A stretch of DNA of 64,000 nucleotides from Octopus sinensis (lineage: Eukaryota), in assembly GCF_006345805.1 (NCBI RefSeq), contig NC_043005.1, positions 21,204,001-21,268,000 on the forward strand. Reading direction: 5' to 3'. Numbering within the stretch: the stretch's first letter is position 1; the number at the start of each line of letters is the position of its first letter. The position numbers were made by a program, and so were the translations under genes. Below the pieces are notes generated by a model. The model ran no database searches. It saw nothing but the letters and a program-made list of their open reading frames with translations, and was not told the DNA's origin. Positions 1 through 13,053 of this stretch are shown piece after piece.

Positions 1-47
1 GTTGTTGTTGTTATTTTTAATTGGTTTAAATTTTACTTCAATTCTAG

Positions 48-287
48 ATATTCCAGCGAATTTTGTAAAAATAAGTAGCTCGTTTTTGGATGTATCTGGG
101 AAAAGGTTGTGGAATAAGAAAAATGTAACAGTGGAAGCCTGTGCTGACAAATGTTTGTCTTACAAAAACTGTTTATCATTTGAAGTAACTAAAAAAGGTG
201 GAAAATGTTACTTACTTCAGGGAAGTGCAGTATCCTCCACAGAAATAAAAACATCAAATACTAGAGATTACTACCAACGAGTAAAAC
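48..287 (+). CDS. Exon A1: PAN/Apple-like domain, type A (internal exon of a PAN-PAN-Sushi repeat protein)
   Basis: Acceptor attctag|AT at 47/48 (an in-frame alternative ccag at 56), donor C|gtaatt at 287/288. 240 bp, phase 1-1. Encodes ..FVKISSSFLDVSGKRLWNKKNVTVEACADKCLSYKNCLSFEVTKKGGKCYLLQGS..RDYYQRVK, with the PAN core C-x3-C..C-x-S-F..C-x-L and a terminal DYY strand. Confidence 0.88.
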
Positions 288-1874
288 GTAATTATTTTTG
301 CCTTTTATTATTGGATTCACTTTTCCTCTTTTTCTGAAATTAGTGATTCATTTATACTTCAGAGTATATTGACAAATACTTCTGTAAAAATATTGATAGG
401 CTTCATTATAAGGTTCAACAACAGGTTCAACATTGATATGTTCCTAAAAAAATAGAAAAGAAATGTTAGGGAGTGTAAATATTGTTAGTGCATTCTCACA
501 GCATTTGTTCATCTTAAACACCATTATGCATGCTTTCAATTGTTTTTTTTAATGTAAAAAAGTAAAGTGTTATTTTTCTTAAACCTGAGAAATAATAGCA
601 GCAGTAGTATAGTAGTAGTAGTAGTGGCAGCAGCAGTAGTAGCTTTATATTCATTTGTCTTTGTTGGCTTGACTTGTTACAATATGGCTGCTATTAAGTG
701 TAATAGGATTAATATGCATCTATACTATAATGGAGAAAGCTGCTTATTAATTTGGTATGTAACAATTACTAAAAGTACTAAAAAACGATTGACTTTCTGG
801 AAATATCTTTATAAATTCATGTTTTAAGAAATTTCTTGTAATTTCAATTTCTCAAGTTTCTTGAATTTTTTAAACTCCAATTACTCACATATATTCATTG
901 CATTCACTGCATCCAATTCTTCACAAATTTAAATATTCATTGCATTCACTGCAGTGTATTCCATTTTTATTTGCAAAGTCTCACTTTCTCACTTAATGCT
1001 TTCATTTCAAGTTTTAATTCACTATTTGGAAAACCGCCAGTTTATTCTGTTAATCTATACGTAATGTAAAAACATTTATTAAATGAAAATTTTTTAAAAT
1101 ACCTGTATAATTTATGTAAAAATATTTAAAAGTGATTTTGTTGTTATGGTTGTTTGGAATGCTATAGGCCTTACAATAATAACTATCCAGACTGATTTTG
1201 GCCATTTTCCATTTTAACTTAAAATCAAGGGAGGAGCAGTTTCAGTAAAAGAAAGCAAAACAATAAAAAAAATTGTAAATATTTTCAGAAGAAATGGTGA
1301 AAATTCAAAGGAGGTTTCACAGTTGTTTCTAGCACAACTCAAACAATCTTCCCTTTTCACTCTCACATGTTTTGATATTTTTTCAATATTTTTCTCCCAT
1401 TAAACACATTTCATGGAATGATTATGCTGAAGTAACACACACATAGTCCATTGGTGGAAGAAAAACAACAAAATATATTGTCATCTAAATTTTTATCCCC
1501 GCTGTCACTTTGAAGCCGCAACTTCTTCACTGACAAAACTTTGTGTTGCATCAATTTCGTGAAGTTTTGTTAGTGAACAGGTCAAGGTCTCAATGCGAGA
1601 AAAATATTTTGAAACAAATGAAATTTAAATGTTGAAGTGAAACTAACTGTTTTTGTGTTGTCTTAAATGGCTTACAAACATCTTCCATGCTGCAATTGTT
1701 TCTGTTTCAGCACACGATCTCAGATCAAGTCACTTGCTATGCAAGTATATCTCCGTAATTTTTTAAAAATCACTGTGGATAAATGTCAGCAATGACCTAC
1801 TCAGTCTCTTTGGGGGTAGGGAGTTGGGTTGCAAAAATTTCATAATTTCTTAAATATTTCATTTTTATAGCATA

Positions 1875-3540
1875 CTAGCAGAGTTACCCGGCGTTACCCG
1901 AGTTACATGCAATTGAAGAATTAGACTTTTCTGTTATATTTTCTGTAATGAACTGGAATACCTTTGTTTCGAATTTCATCAAAATTGCAGATGAGGGTGA
2001 CTTCCCTCTTTACACACCCAAACAAAATTGTAATCATGCCACATGTATCCCATACTACTGATTTTTATGCGCATATTCCAAAATTCCAGTCTTATAGAAC
2101 CTGTTAAAAGGATTTTGCTCTTGAAAAATAGAGGTCATGGAGCTCTAAAATGTGAGAGTTAGCGCTCCTATTGGGGGTGGTCATCTTAATGTCAAGCAGA
2201 GAGGTTGAATTGTCGAGAATCTTTTTAACTTGGGTCTTATATCTTTTGTTTGAATTTATTTGAAATAGGAAATATATGTTCACTGGGTTTGTAAAAGAGA
2301 GCAAAGCTACAGGAAACCAAAAGACGAATGATCACAATAAGCAGTCAGCTACAGTACCCTAGTCGTTACCACTCCCAATGTAGTATTCCTCACCATGCAG
2401 GTGATAGGCACAGCCGTGAGATGCATTACAAATCTATAGCAATTGGAAGGGCATGACCCATCTGAAATAAACATTAACAACTGTGTGACGTTAGGGCTGA
2501 GGAGGAATGAAAGTTGGAGTTTGCAAATGATACGTAACTGGACAGAATAAATATACAATCTATAAATGTCTTTGAATAAGCAGTCACTCATCTGGGAAGA
2601 CCTTGAAATCAATGTTAGCATCTGGGGACTATGTGTGACCCAGTGATAATAAAAAGACTGAAAGGAGATCTGCAATCAAATAACTATACTCAACACTTTG
2701 CAACTGAATCAGTGGAGGCAAAGATGCCTCTCATTTACTTGACAATTTATGCACCACATTGCAGAAATCACAATCTAAGTGTATGTCAAAGCAAACTGTT
2801 ACACTGTTGTACCATTGAATTACAAATAATGCTCATCTTCTATGCTTGGATAACCCAACAGCTTTCAAGAGTACAACTATTCATCTTTGCTTAGATAAAA
2901 TGACAAAATTGTGGGTGTTAAATCTCCATGAAGGGCTCTTTCTAACTTGTAAGAAGATGAAAGTTTATAAATATTACTTCATTTGTATCTAATATCCATG
3001 GTTAAAATTTTATCAAAAGGAAAAATATATGAATTGTCATGGGGGTTGTGGCCCTTATGCATAGAATATAATTTCCAAATTTTGTAAAGATCCATTCAGT
3101 ACTTTTGACTTAGTTTTGGATCATAAAAGAAATTACTAAAATGTGGAGTTAAGACCCCCATTAAGGTGTCTTAGAATCCTCATGTGAAGTGGAAACTTTG
3201 AGAATACTTCTTGATGTGCATCAATTACCCATGGTTGAAATTTCATCAACATCGAAAATTTATGAATTTTCATGGGGGGTTCTGCCCCCTTTAAGCCATC
3301 TGAAATTCAAACCAAACATATTGCATTATACCCGTCCTTATGCATTGAATCTAAGTTTCAAATATCATAAGGATCCATTCAGTAATTTTGGTCCATGAAA
3401 TTGTATGAAACACACAGCATTACCCTTCTCCCTAGGCTTCGATTTTGTGTTCCAAATTTCATTATGATTGGTGCAACACTTTTCAAATGTATAAATAATA
3501 CACGAACACATAAGGACATTGTCTTTGATATAATAAATAT
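1875..3540 (-). mobile_element. Non-autonomous Helitron-like element
   Basis: On the minus strand it ends ..CGGGTAACGCCGGGTAACTCTGCTAG|T (subterminal hairpin plus CTAG). 1875-2830 is an inverted homolog of 49530-50508. The far (5') boundary is approximate. Confidence 0.6.
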
Positions 3541-3993
3541 GAATGTACACATGTACATACATGTATATATATGTGTGTGTGTATTATATATATATATATA
3601 TATAAAGTTAATCCAAACAAGAAAACACAAAACAACAAAAAAACATATATATATATATATATATATATATAGTATATATAGTATAGGTATGTGTATAAGT
3701 CGTGGGTCTGTGGTTTACGTGTGTGTATTTGTGTGTGAATGTTTAGGTTAGGGGGATTACTATATAGGTTTGTTTTAGAGTTTAGCAAAGGGAGATTTTA
3801 TCGTTATATGTTTTTAAGAGTTTTGTTTTATCATGGTTTTTTTTAGGGAATTCGTGGTAATTTGTCTATATTTTCGATATGGATTATATATAGGTTATAT
3901 ATGGATTATATACTTATATTTTTTCATTTATACTTTAATTATTTAAAATTATTATTTTTATATTTTAAAATTTTGATTTTTTAGATTGGAAGT

Positions 3994-4036
3994 CCACCTG
4001 AAGATTGTCGATCAAGACAAGAAACGATTGTAGTGG
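3994..4036 (+). ncRNA. Minimal type I hammerhead ribozyme motif
   Basis: CCAC-CTGAAGA-TTGTC-gatcaa-GACAA-GAAA-C-gatt-G-TA-GTGG: stem I CCAC/GTGG, CUGANGA core, stem II TTGTC/GACAA, GAAA box, minimal stem III and a GUA cleavage triplet. Confidence 0.65.
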
Positions 4037-4389
4037 CGGTTTTTTTGACTATTTATTAAAATTTTATGTATTGATTAAGTCTTTCCTTGTTTGTTTTGCA
4101 AAATAGTGGTTTTGTCTCTAATAATATTTTATATATATATATATATATATGCACACACACACACACAAAGATAAATTGATAGATACAACTGAGTGGGCAA
4201 GCAAAAATATGAGACACAGCGTAGTGCTTTTTTTATGTTGATAAGCCTGGAACTTATTCTATTAGTTTGTTTTGTGAAACAAGTAAGTTATGGGGATGTA
4301 AATAAATGAACAGCAGTTGTGAAGCAGTGATGAGGGTGAAACACAAACAAAGCCACACACATACACTTAAATATATACATACATATACG

Positions 4390-4548
4390 ATTGATTTCTT
4401 TCAGTTTCTGTCTACAAAATCCACTGACAAGGCTTTGGTTGGTCTGAGGCTATAGCAGAAGAAACATGCCAAGTCACCACACAGTGGGACTGAACCCAGG
4501 ACCATGTGTTTTGGAACGAAGTTTGTTACCACACAGCCACACCTGCAC
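4390..4548 (-). mobile_element. tRNA-derived SINE, 5' portion
   Basis: Minus strand reads GGTGCAGGTGTGGCTGTGTGGTAA..GGGTTCAGTCCCAC (Pol III A/B-box-like). A related copy lies at about 48300-48420. Confidence 0.6.
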
Positions 4549-4616
4549 CTATGTATGTGTGTATGGGTGTATATATGTATGCATGTATATATGTGAATAT
4601 ATATGTGTACATATTA

Positions 4617-6003
4617 CATCATCATCATCGTTTAACGTCCGTTTTCCATGCTAGCATGGGTTGGACGGTTCGACCTGGGTCTGGGAGGGCAGGAGGCTGC
4701 ACCAGGCTCCAGTCTGATCTGGCAGTGTTTCTACAGCTGGATGCCCTTCCTAACGCCAACCATTCCGTGAGTGTAGTGGGTGCTTTTACGTGCCACCGAC
4801 ACGGAAGCCAGTCAAGGCAGCACTGGCATTGGTCACGTACGGATGGTGCCTTTTAGGTGCCAGGGTAGGCTGGCATTGGCCACATATGGATAGTGCATTT
4901 TACATGCCACCGGCACAGGTATCGCAACCACAATTTCCATTTGATTTTTGATGCTGACGTACTTAACTCAATCGGTCTCCTCAAGCACAGCAGGTCACCC
5001 TACGATCCAAGGCACTTTGGAAGGGCTGGGGCTTCTATGTGAAGCTGGTGCAGGAAACAGCCATGAACTCACATTATTTGTTGGGTCTTCGCAGTCACAG
5101 CATATCTCCAGAGGTCTCGGTCTTTCGTCATTGCCTCTGTGAGACCCAACATTCGAAGGTCATGCTTGACCACCCCATCCCATGTCTTCCTGGGTCTACC
5201 TCTACCCCGGATTCCTTCAACTGTTTGGGAGTGGCACTTCTTCACACATCTCTCCTCATCCATCCATAGTACATGACCATACCAGCGCAGACGTCTCTCT
5301 TGCATGCCACATCCAATGCTTCTTATGTCCAGCATTTCTCTCAGGGCACTTACACTCTGCCGTGTATGCACACTGACATTACACATCCAGCAGATCATGA
5401 TAGCTTCATTTCTTTCAAGTCTACGCATGTCCTCTGCAATCACGGCCCATGTTTCACTAGCGTGAAGCATGGTAGTTCGCACACATGCGTCGTACAATCT
5501 AACTTTCACTCTGAGCGAGAGACCCTTTGTCACCAGTAGGGGTAGGAGCTTTCTAAACTTTGCCCAGGCTATTCTTATTCTAGTGGTAACACTCTCTGAG
5601 CATCCACCCCCACTACTAACTTGGTCACCTAGATAGCGGAAACTATCAACTACTTCTAGTTTCTCCTCCTGGAGTGTGATGGAATCTGTTTTCTGAGTAT
5701 GAATGGTGTCTATTGCCCCAGTGCATCTGCCGCACATGAAAGCTATCTTCTTGGTTAATTTTCCTTTGATGGTTATGCACCTCTTATGTGTCCATACCTT
5801 ACACTGTGTACATCTTATGGAGTTTCTGCCTACACCTTTTCTACAGATCGAGCAGTGCCACCTACCTGAGGGGTGTGTGGAGTGTTTGCCTTCCTGCTTA
5901 CTAGGACTTTAGTCTTTGCTACATTGACTCTAACGCCTGTTGATTCTAAACCTAGCTTCCATACCCGAAATTTCTTTTCTAGTTCCGGTCGTGATTCTGC
6001 TAT
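4617..6003 (-). mobile_element. 5'-truncated RTE-clade LINE (RT C-terminus, 3' UTR, (GAT)n tail)
   Basis: ORF 5069-5737 has RTE motifs (EVVDSFRYLGD, RIRIAWAKF, RRLRWYGHVL, RGRGRPRKTW). Highly similar to 35830-37470 in the opposite orientation. Confidence 0.88.
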
Positions 6004-9000
6004 TATTTCTGCTAATATTTCCTCATCTGTCTAGTGTCCTCCAGATGCAATGAAAATACGAGAATCAGTATTTCTAATCTCAAGAAAAATTCTGTTGGAG
6101 TTCTTGAATATTGTTCATTGTACGACAACATGAGTCAACTCCATCACAAATTATAACAGAAATGTTATGATTTATGTAGAAGGTGGTACACGTAAGAATT
6201 TCCATTTGGTGTACACAGCAGAATGCATCAAGTACAACAGAAATATTAAATAAAAGCTTCAATGGGCATATGTATGATGTCTGATTCTATAACAGTAGCT
6301 TGATAGAACTAATCAAACATTTTACATCAAACAGCTGTAAATTTGAGTATCATCTGAAAGTGCACATTCCCAGGAAACATTTTAACTTTATGGCACTTTC
6401 AGTTCTTAAAACACATGAGGATAAATATCTACAGAAAAATCTGGATCATTGCAATGATGAAAACTAGTATGAACTGGTATGAGTATTTGTGCAACATGTG
6501 TTTTCACATTTTGTCTCCTTGACCAAGCTGCAAACATTGACCAAGCATCGACTGAGGGTGGACATTTCATATATAGAATGTTGCCAGGTACTCTCAGCAA
6601 TATACCAGCGAGACAAGTCAGAAACAATTGTCTGAAAAACAATTATAGATTTTTTTAGAGGGTTAATTGAGTGTATGAAAGACGGTGGCCTAGAAATGAC
6701 TCCAGGCTTCATTGTAAACAATCAGAGCAGTCTCTTCTGGATGACTTCCTGGTTTAGGTCAATTGATAACTTCAACATGTCTTTGATATGGCATTGCTAC
6801 AGGTGGTAGCATTACCTGTCTGAGGGAAGCCCTACAGTTTTGGAGTGTTCTCAGTTATTATCATTATCATCATTTATTTGGATGGATAATCAAGTTAATA
6901 CAAGAAAGTATCATAGTCAATTCATAGCCAGCAGTATCATTGTAAGCTGCTACAAAAGTAAATAAGATGCATTAGACAGAGAAAATTGTTATCATATTTT
7001 TGGATCAGGCTATGAAGGTGAGAGAGAATCATAGCACAAATGATCCACAGCAGAGTAATTTGCCTGCATGCCTAGCAGAGGCAGCATGAATGCAATCTTC
7101 CTAGTGAGAAATACTTTGCTAAATGTAAACTGCTATTTTTGACATTCATCAACAGAGTGCTATACTTTGTAATTTATTGGTTACAAAGGAAAAAATAAAA
7201 CATGTTTAGATAAATAGCTTGTGATGGCTGTTGAAGGTGCATTCGGAGATGCATTAAGTAGAGTCAACAATGATTTCACTGATAAACTAGGTTGCATAAT
7301 ATTCATTTTGATGTACACTCACAAATAAACTTCATAATGTTGAATACCAGGCTCACCAAGGTGATTGGCACTACTTTGAGGTGATAACAGGAACAAAAAT
7401 CTACCCAGAGAAGTCAGTGGGCTTGCATCTTTGTGCCTGGAGAAACAGGTCTGTGCCATCCAGCAGGATCGTGGGGAGGGATGGCTTGGAAAGATGGATT
7501 GGTTAAATTACTTGGGGGTCTGGTTAATCCCGACTTCTAGGTGTAGAAGTATTTGGATGAGATGACAAAAAGTCAGTCTCACTCAAATATCTGGCAGAGG
7601 TGAAAGCTTATATTGCTCCATTAATTACAACCACATTGTTATCATGCCTTGTGTTATTTCACATCTCACCAGGCTGGATCATCTGTTCTTTTACTCTCTG
7701 TGCAAAGAGCACATTCCACTGGTCAGGCTCTTCATTGGCTGTCATAACCTATTCCATGGCTGATGATGCAGAGATATGTGCTGAGACTCTGACATATCCA
7801 AGAATTCTTTGATAGTGAATATATGTGGTTACTGTTTGCCAAAGAGATAAACTGTGGAAGAACAACTTAGCTTTTTTTGAGAGCTGCAGTTCTGGATCAA
7901 ACAAAATCAAGACAGAGTGCATGGCATCTGGAATGCTGTGAAGTACTGCTATTCTTCAAACATTTCCATTTTTGCATCCTATAAAAATTTATTTCAAGGC
8001 AAGAACATCAATTGTCACAGGGAAATACTGTGTCAATGCAAATCTACTATTTGTTTGATCTGTTCCAGAAAAGCTGCAGCATCTGGTCTGCGGATGATTT
8101 CCAGAATTCCTTGGCCTGGCATCACTACCAGTGGGAATTGTCAGTTCATGATAAACTTTACTTGGATAGTAGAATCCAAGATGCATGAAAAGTGAGGAAA
8201 CTCTTCTGCATGCAGTTATCCAGTGCTTTACTATTGGTAACTTGCAAAGTTAAGTCAAACACTTAATTTCATGTGTAGAACAGATCCAACTATCAGCTGA
8301 GTCTATCATGAAGATCATCCTACTGCCTTGTTTTGGCTGGGAAAGACAAACAATCTTTAAAAGTCTGGTGGCTTTAGCAACAAATGTTTTTGTGGTGGAC
8401 GGGATTGAAAGAGCTGAAGACAGACATTTTTCTATTTGGTTAAGCTCACAGTGCTATCCCTCAGCAAATTTATTGAAAGAGAATGTTCCAGCTTTGAATT
8501 TGTGTCTGTAGATTAGAGAAGGATACTGGATGAGGCACATCCTTAGTGGTCGGGGTGGCCATGATTCTGTAGGCTTTCTATGAATAATACAAGGAGGCTT
8601 CCCATCCTTTAGGGAATTATTACTTTTTACTTGAAATTTTTGTTTCTTTTTTTCTGTTATTTTACAATTTACATGCTCTTTTATTAATCTCACATATCAT
8701 CCTTTAGCTTCCCCAATGTTTTTGAGTACCCTTAGTGATTACTAAAGAAATGTTGTTATTGTTATTATTTTATATAAAAAATTTTAAATGTTATACAATT
8801 ATGTAGAAGTAAATTTCATGTAAATGAAATTTTAAATAAAATATGAGAAAACCATTTGATGCATTCTTTTTTAAATGGACAATTTATCATAAAATCACAA
8901 TCCATTCACAAGATTAGTTTTTGGCTGACACCCTTATCAAGAATTACTGTGGATTCTTTTACATTACAAGACTTTCAAAATTTTGCTAGAATGTTTCAGT

Positions 9001-9412
9001 TTTAGATAATCCATTTGTATATCCCACTTTTGATGGTGTGCTTTTGTTTAGGATTAAATGGTTATATCAACACTTAGCATATTGGTTGACCATATGTTTA
9101 AGGGATTATTAATCTTATAGAATTACACCAATAGAGAAGAGATGTACAAATGAATTACCTGCAACCTAAATATTAAAACAAGGTTTTAAGTAAGTCTCAA
9201 AATGTTCTGTTGCTCACACGAATTCTTGCTACAGTATCATTTAGTGAATTGGTAATTCAAATATAATATATTGTCCTTTTACAAAATTATGCACTTCATG
9301 CTTTATAATGTTTAGTTACGTGTGTGTGTATGTGAGAGAGAGAGAAAGAGAGTGAGAGAGACTAAGTACAACTGAGTATAAAATGTATTCTTTTCCTTTC
9401 TTTTTCTTTAAG

Positions 9413-9613
9413 CCAAAGATAAACCCAGTACAGCTGATGATCAACCGCCTATGGATGAAAATGTAAAGAGATGTTATCAAACTTGCCTTAATTATGTAGG
9501 ATGTAGATCATTTGAGTACAGTGAAATAATGAATGCTTGTCATTTGAGTAATGTGACTCGCTTGACATATAAAATTAAACTTGATAGTATATCCGGTTCT
9601 AATGCTAAACCAG
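9413..9613 (+). CDS. Exon B1: PAN/Apple-like domain, type B (divergent, shortened)
   Basis: Polypyrimidine tract plus tttaag|CC acceptor, donor G|gtcagt. 201 bp, phase 1-1. Encodes KDKPSTADDQPPMDENVKRCYQTCLNYVGCRSFEYSEIMNACHLSNVTRLTYKIKLDSISGSNAKP. Upstream intron is homologous to that of the other B exons. Confidence 0.8.
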
Positions 9614-9689
9614 GTCAGTGGAAAGTTTCCATTTTATTTATTGTGTGCATGTTTGTATGTATTGATAAATATATATTTATATATATGCT

Positions 9690-10080
9690 CATCAGAACTG
9701 CAATGTTGTATAGTAGTGAGGCATGTACTGTGAACATAGAGGATGTTAGAAGATTGGAAATAAATAAAGTAAGCATACCCCTTTGGGCATGCACTGTAAG
9801 TGTACATGAATAACATAGTATAAAAATGCTGTGTGAAAAACTAGGCCTAAGAGAAATCAGATGTAGTGTTCAAAAGAAAAGTTTGCACATGCAATGCATA
9901 TGGATGAGGTCAGATGTATAAAGAAATGCTGATCATTAAATGTAGCAAGGGCTTGTGGACGACATGGATGTAGAAGACATGAGACAAAGAGAAGGTTGAC
10001 CTCAAAATCTGAGCCTCACAAAGTAGATGACACAGGAATGAGATATCTGGTCATACATAATTCTTGGGAGAACCTACCCA
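9690..10080 (+). mobile_element. Degraded RTE LINE fragment
   Basis: RTAMLYSSEACTVNIEDVRRLEINK matches the RTE C-terminal region seen at 36350-36450. Confidence 0.65.
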
Positions 10081-10477
10081 TCATGCCAAAACTGACTTTT
10101 GGAAGCACTGTGTGTGTGTGTATGTGTGTATACAAGGTGTCTCAAAATTAAGGCAACCAAAGTTTTGAGTTTTAATAACTATAAATAAGTTGTGGTAAGA
10201 TATGAAAATTATACATCATTATAAAAGGTTAGCATGTCTTCTTTTTGTTTCAGACTAAATAAATTCAGATTTATAAATTAGACTAGCTACTTTGACCCGT
10301 GCTTTGCTCGGGTTTTGGTGGTGGTGTTGTTTTGTGCGTGTTGTCTCCTTTTCCCTTTCTGCTTTTGTTCATTACATCAAGATAAACACAGAGCTGAAAT
10401 CTCTGGACATGTAGGGAGTCTTGGTGTAATATGCTAAATTGTTCAGCGATATCAACTTTGGATGCACCACCAATATA

Positions 10478-11331
10478 TGAGATCTGATCAATAAGTATCC
10501 GGACTGTTGCCATAGTAATGAAGCTAAAGTCTGCAGAGTAAAACCACTTTACAAAAATTGACCTTGAACTCTGCTGTGCATGCACACTAAGTTTTAACAT
10601 TCTAGCTAATTTCTGTTGTTTACAGCAGTGCTTAGAAGGAAGGTGTGTAGTGTATGATAGTTGCATTGACCTTGACAGAGGCCTACAGAAAGTTGCAGAA
10701 AACGTATGGAGAGGAGTGTATGAGCCGCACACAAGTGTACAAGTGGTTCAGACATTTCCAAGATGGCCAAAAACTTGTTGATATTGACAAATATTCTGGG
10801 AGACCTGCAACCAGCAAAACTGAGAAAAACATCATAGCTGTGAGGGGAAATCATCGAATCGCCATCTGTGAGTTATCAGAGGATGTGCAGATTAGTTACA
10901 GTTCAGTTCAATCCGTTATCACTGAAGATTTGTGTATATGAGACATGTGTCTGCCAAGTTTGTTCCAAAACTGCTTTCATCTGACCAAAAAGACACTCGG
11001 GGTTTCAGTTGCCCAAGATCTTGATTGTGTGGAGAAAGATGAAAACGTTTTGAAAACTTTGCATAGGCCTCTGAGCAGGTATTGCCAAGCTTTTGGCAAA
11101 ATTTGATGCAGATTCACTGCTCTACTTTCTCTATCATGGCCAATGCAACAATCACACACTACACACGTTCCTTCCAAGCACTGCTGTATACAGCAGAAGT
11201 GAGCTAGAATGTTAAAACTTAGTGCTCATGCACAGCAGAGTTCAAGGTCAGTTTGTGCCCAGTGGCTTCACTGTGCATGCTTTAGCTTCATTACTATGGC
11301 AACAGTCTGGATACTTATTGATCAGACCACA
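10478..11331 (+). mobile_element. Internally deleted mariner element with about 200-bp terminal inverted repeats
   Basis: TA|TGAGATCTGATCAATAAGTATCC.. and ..GGATACTTATTGATCAGACCACA|TA. Inverted homology runs about 10478-10670 versus 11140-11331. Internal transposase HTH fragment TEAYRKLQKTYGEECMSRTQVYKWFRHF..SGRP..VSAKFVPKLL. Confidence 0.85.
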
Positions 11332-11844
11332 TAGCTCTGCTATCACCACCTGTATGGATTCCAAATGAGATGGACATCAACAAAGAGATACCATCTTCTC
11401 AAACCTCTTTACCGCATGTCTATAAATGATCATCATTGGAGATGTACTAGGTTCTTCCACTGCTAGAGATACAAATGTAACCCGTAATTTCATTGTAGAT
11501 GACATGAAGATCGATGCTAAAAATGTTTACAATGGAAAAAACAGCTGGAGTTAATTATTACAGTTTCAGCTGACATAGGAATGGAACGTGGCCAAAAGAA
11601 GTGCTTGATTATGATTGTTAAATGTAGAAAATCAGTCCCTAAAACCCAAAAGATGTACATTAGCAGCCTCCTCTCTATTGCTCTAGTTCCACAAAAGGAA
11701 TGCTGCAGATACCTAGGCATTGATGAAAACTTATCATAGAAGAGTGCTATGAAGAAAAATAGTGACATAAGAATACTACACCAGGTTTAGAAAGATATAG
11801 TAGTTGGAATTTTTCTCATACAACAAATTGATATACTGCAATAC

Positions 11845-12260
11845 CATTGCTTTCGGAGCAAAGGTTCAGCAAAAGGGATGAGACAGTTTAGAATCAGTTT
11901 GTTGTACAATTTTGCAGCAATTGACATTAGAGATATACCCCTGTAGTTGGTGACGAGGGATAAATCGCCTTTTTTGGGTATTGGGATGATTTGAGATTGG
12001 TGGCAAATCTTTGGAGCTATAAAAGTGGAAAGTGTGTGATTGCCAAGATTGAGCAAAAGTACGTGAAATCTATCATCCTTCCAAATTATAGCTGGGATGT
12101 TGTCAGGACCAAATGCTTTCGAGGCTTTCAGTTGTTTAGTGACTGCTGTTAGTTCAAATATGGTAAAAGGAGAGGTGTTGATGTCCAGCGTATCTGATAT
12201 AGGCACACTTGGAAGAGTGGGGTCATCAGGGATTTTGGCATTCTTTCCAAGAAGGTTTTT
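11845..12260 (-). mobile_element. Non-LTR RT fragment (RTE/RTEX-like)
   Basis: KAFGPDNIP..IIPIPKKGDLSLVTNYRGISLMSIAAKLYNKLILN, the RT domain 0-2 motifs. Confidence 0.8.
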
Positions 12261-12356
<96 letters not shown>

Positions 12357-12367
12357 ATATATATATA
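12261..12367. repeat. (TA)n microsatellite
   Basis: About 100 bp of TA repeats; source of the IYIY ORFs. Confidence 0.95.
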
Positions 12368-13053
12368 AGCATCAACACAAGGAATATTGATGGAACATTC
12401 TTATTAAAACTTTTATCAAAGGGAAACATAATAAGCTCAGCATCCTTGTTATAAATATCGGCTGCCTTGCTAATGTGAATATCTCTTCAAAAATCAAAGA
12501 GAAAGAAGATAACTATGAACAACTGCTTCGAAACCTTTGGCTTTGATAACATTTATACCAATAATAATTGGTGCACTTAATTTTGTTTGTAAATGCTGAG
12601 TTGACAGTTTGGATGACCTGGGGTTTTCAGAAATTATCCAGCTAATACAGATACAGGTATATTACAAATACAATTTGTAAACGGAACATTAAAAATATGC
12701 AAGACTTTTCTCAAATTCAAGATGTGAATTTGTTTTTGTTATCTCCATTCTAGTGATAGAGCTTTGTATTATCATCATCATCTTCATTTAATGGCTGTTT
12801 TCCATGCTGACATGGGTTAGTTTCTTTGTTAGAAACCAATACTTCAAATAATTAACAATAGAAGAGGACATACATATGTACACATGGACACACACACATA
12901 TGCACATGTGGTTATATGTATTTATGTGTGTGCAAATGTCTTTAGTTTGTTTCAGTCAACATCTTCTATTCTAAATTTGTCATTATCCCTTCATTCTCAC
13001 CCTCTTCCTAATATATACTCACCATTAATATCAGTTTGTCTTACCTATTTCAG

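Larger units (their letters stand above)
11400..12770 (+). mobile_element. Degraded R4/Dong-like non-LTR remnant, interrupted by another LINE fragment and (TA)n
   Basis: CRYLGIDEN at about 11704-11730 and IPIIIGAL-like sequence at about 12555-12580 resemble REL-endonuclease non-LTR elements. Heavily decayed. Confidence 0.4.

Noticed and set aside
2-337. Hydrophobic N-termini on the PAN ORFs (also 23046, 43494, 54889) resembling signal peptides of separate small secreted genes
   Set aside because: They are translations of T-rich acceptor tracts, mostly with non-ATG starts. Conserved AG/GT sites in phase 1 indicate internal exons.
2104-2304. Duplicated 66-aa ORF (also at 50087-50287) suggesting a conserved small gene
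   Set aside because: Both lie in copies of the same Helitron-like repeat, start at TTG and show no domain; similarity extends equally into non-ORF sequence.
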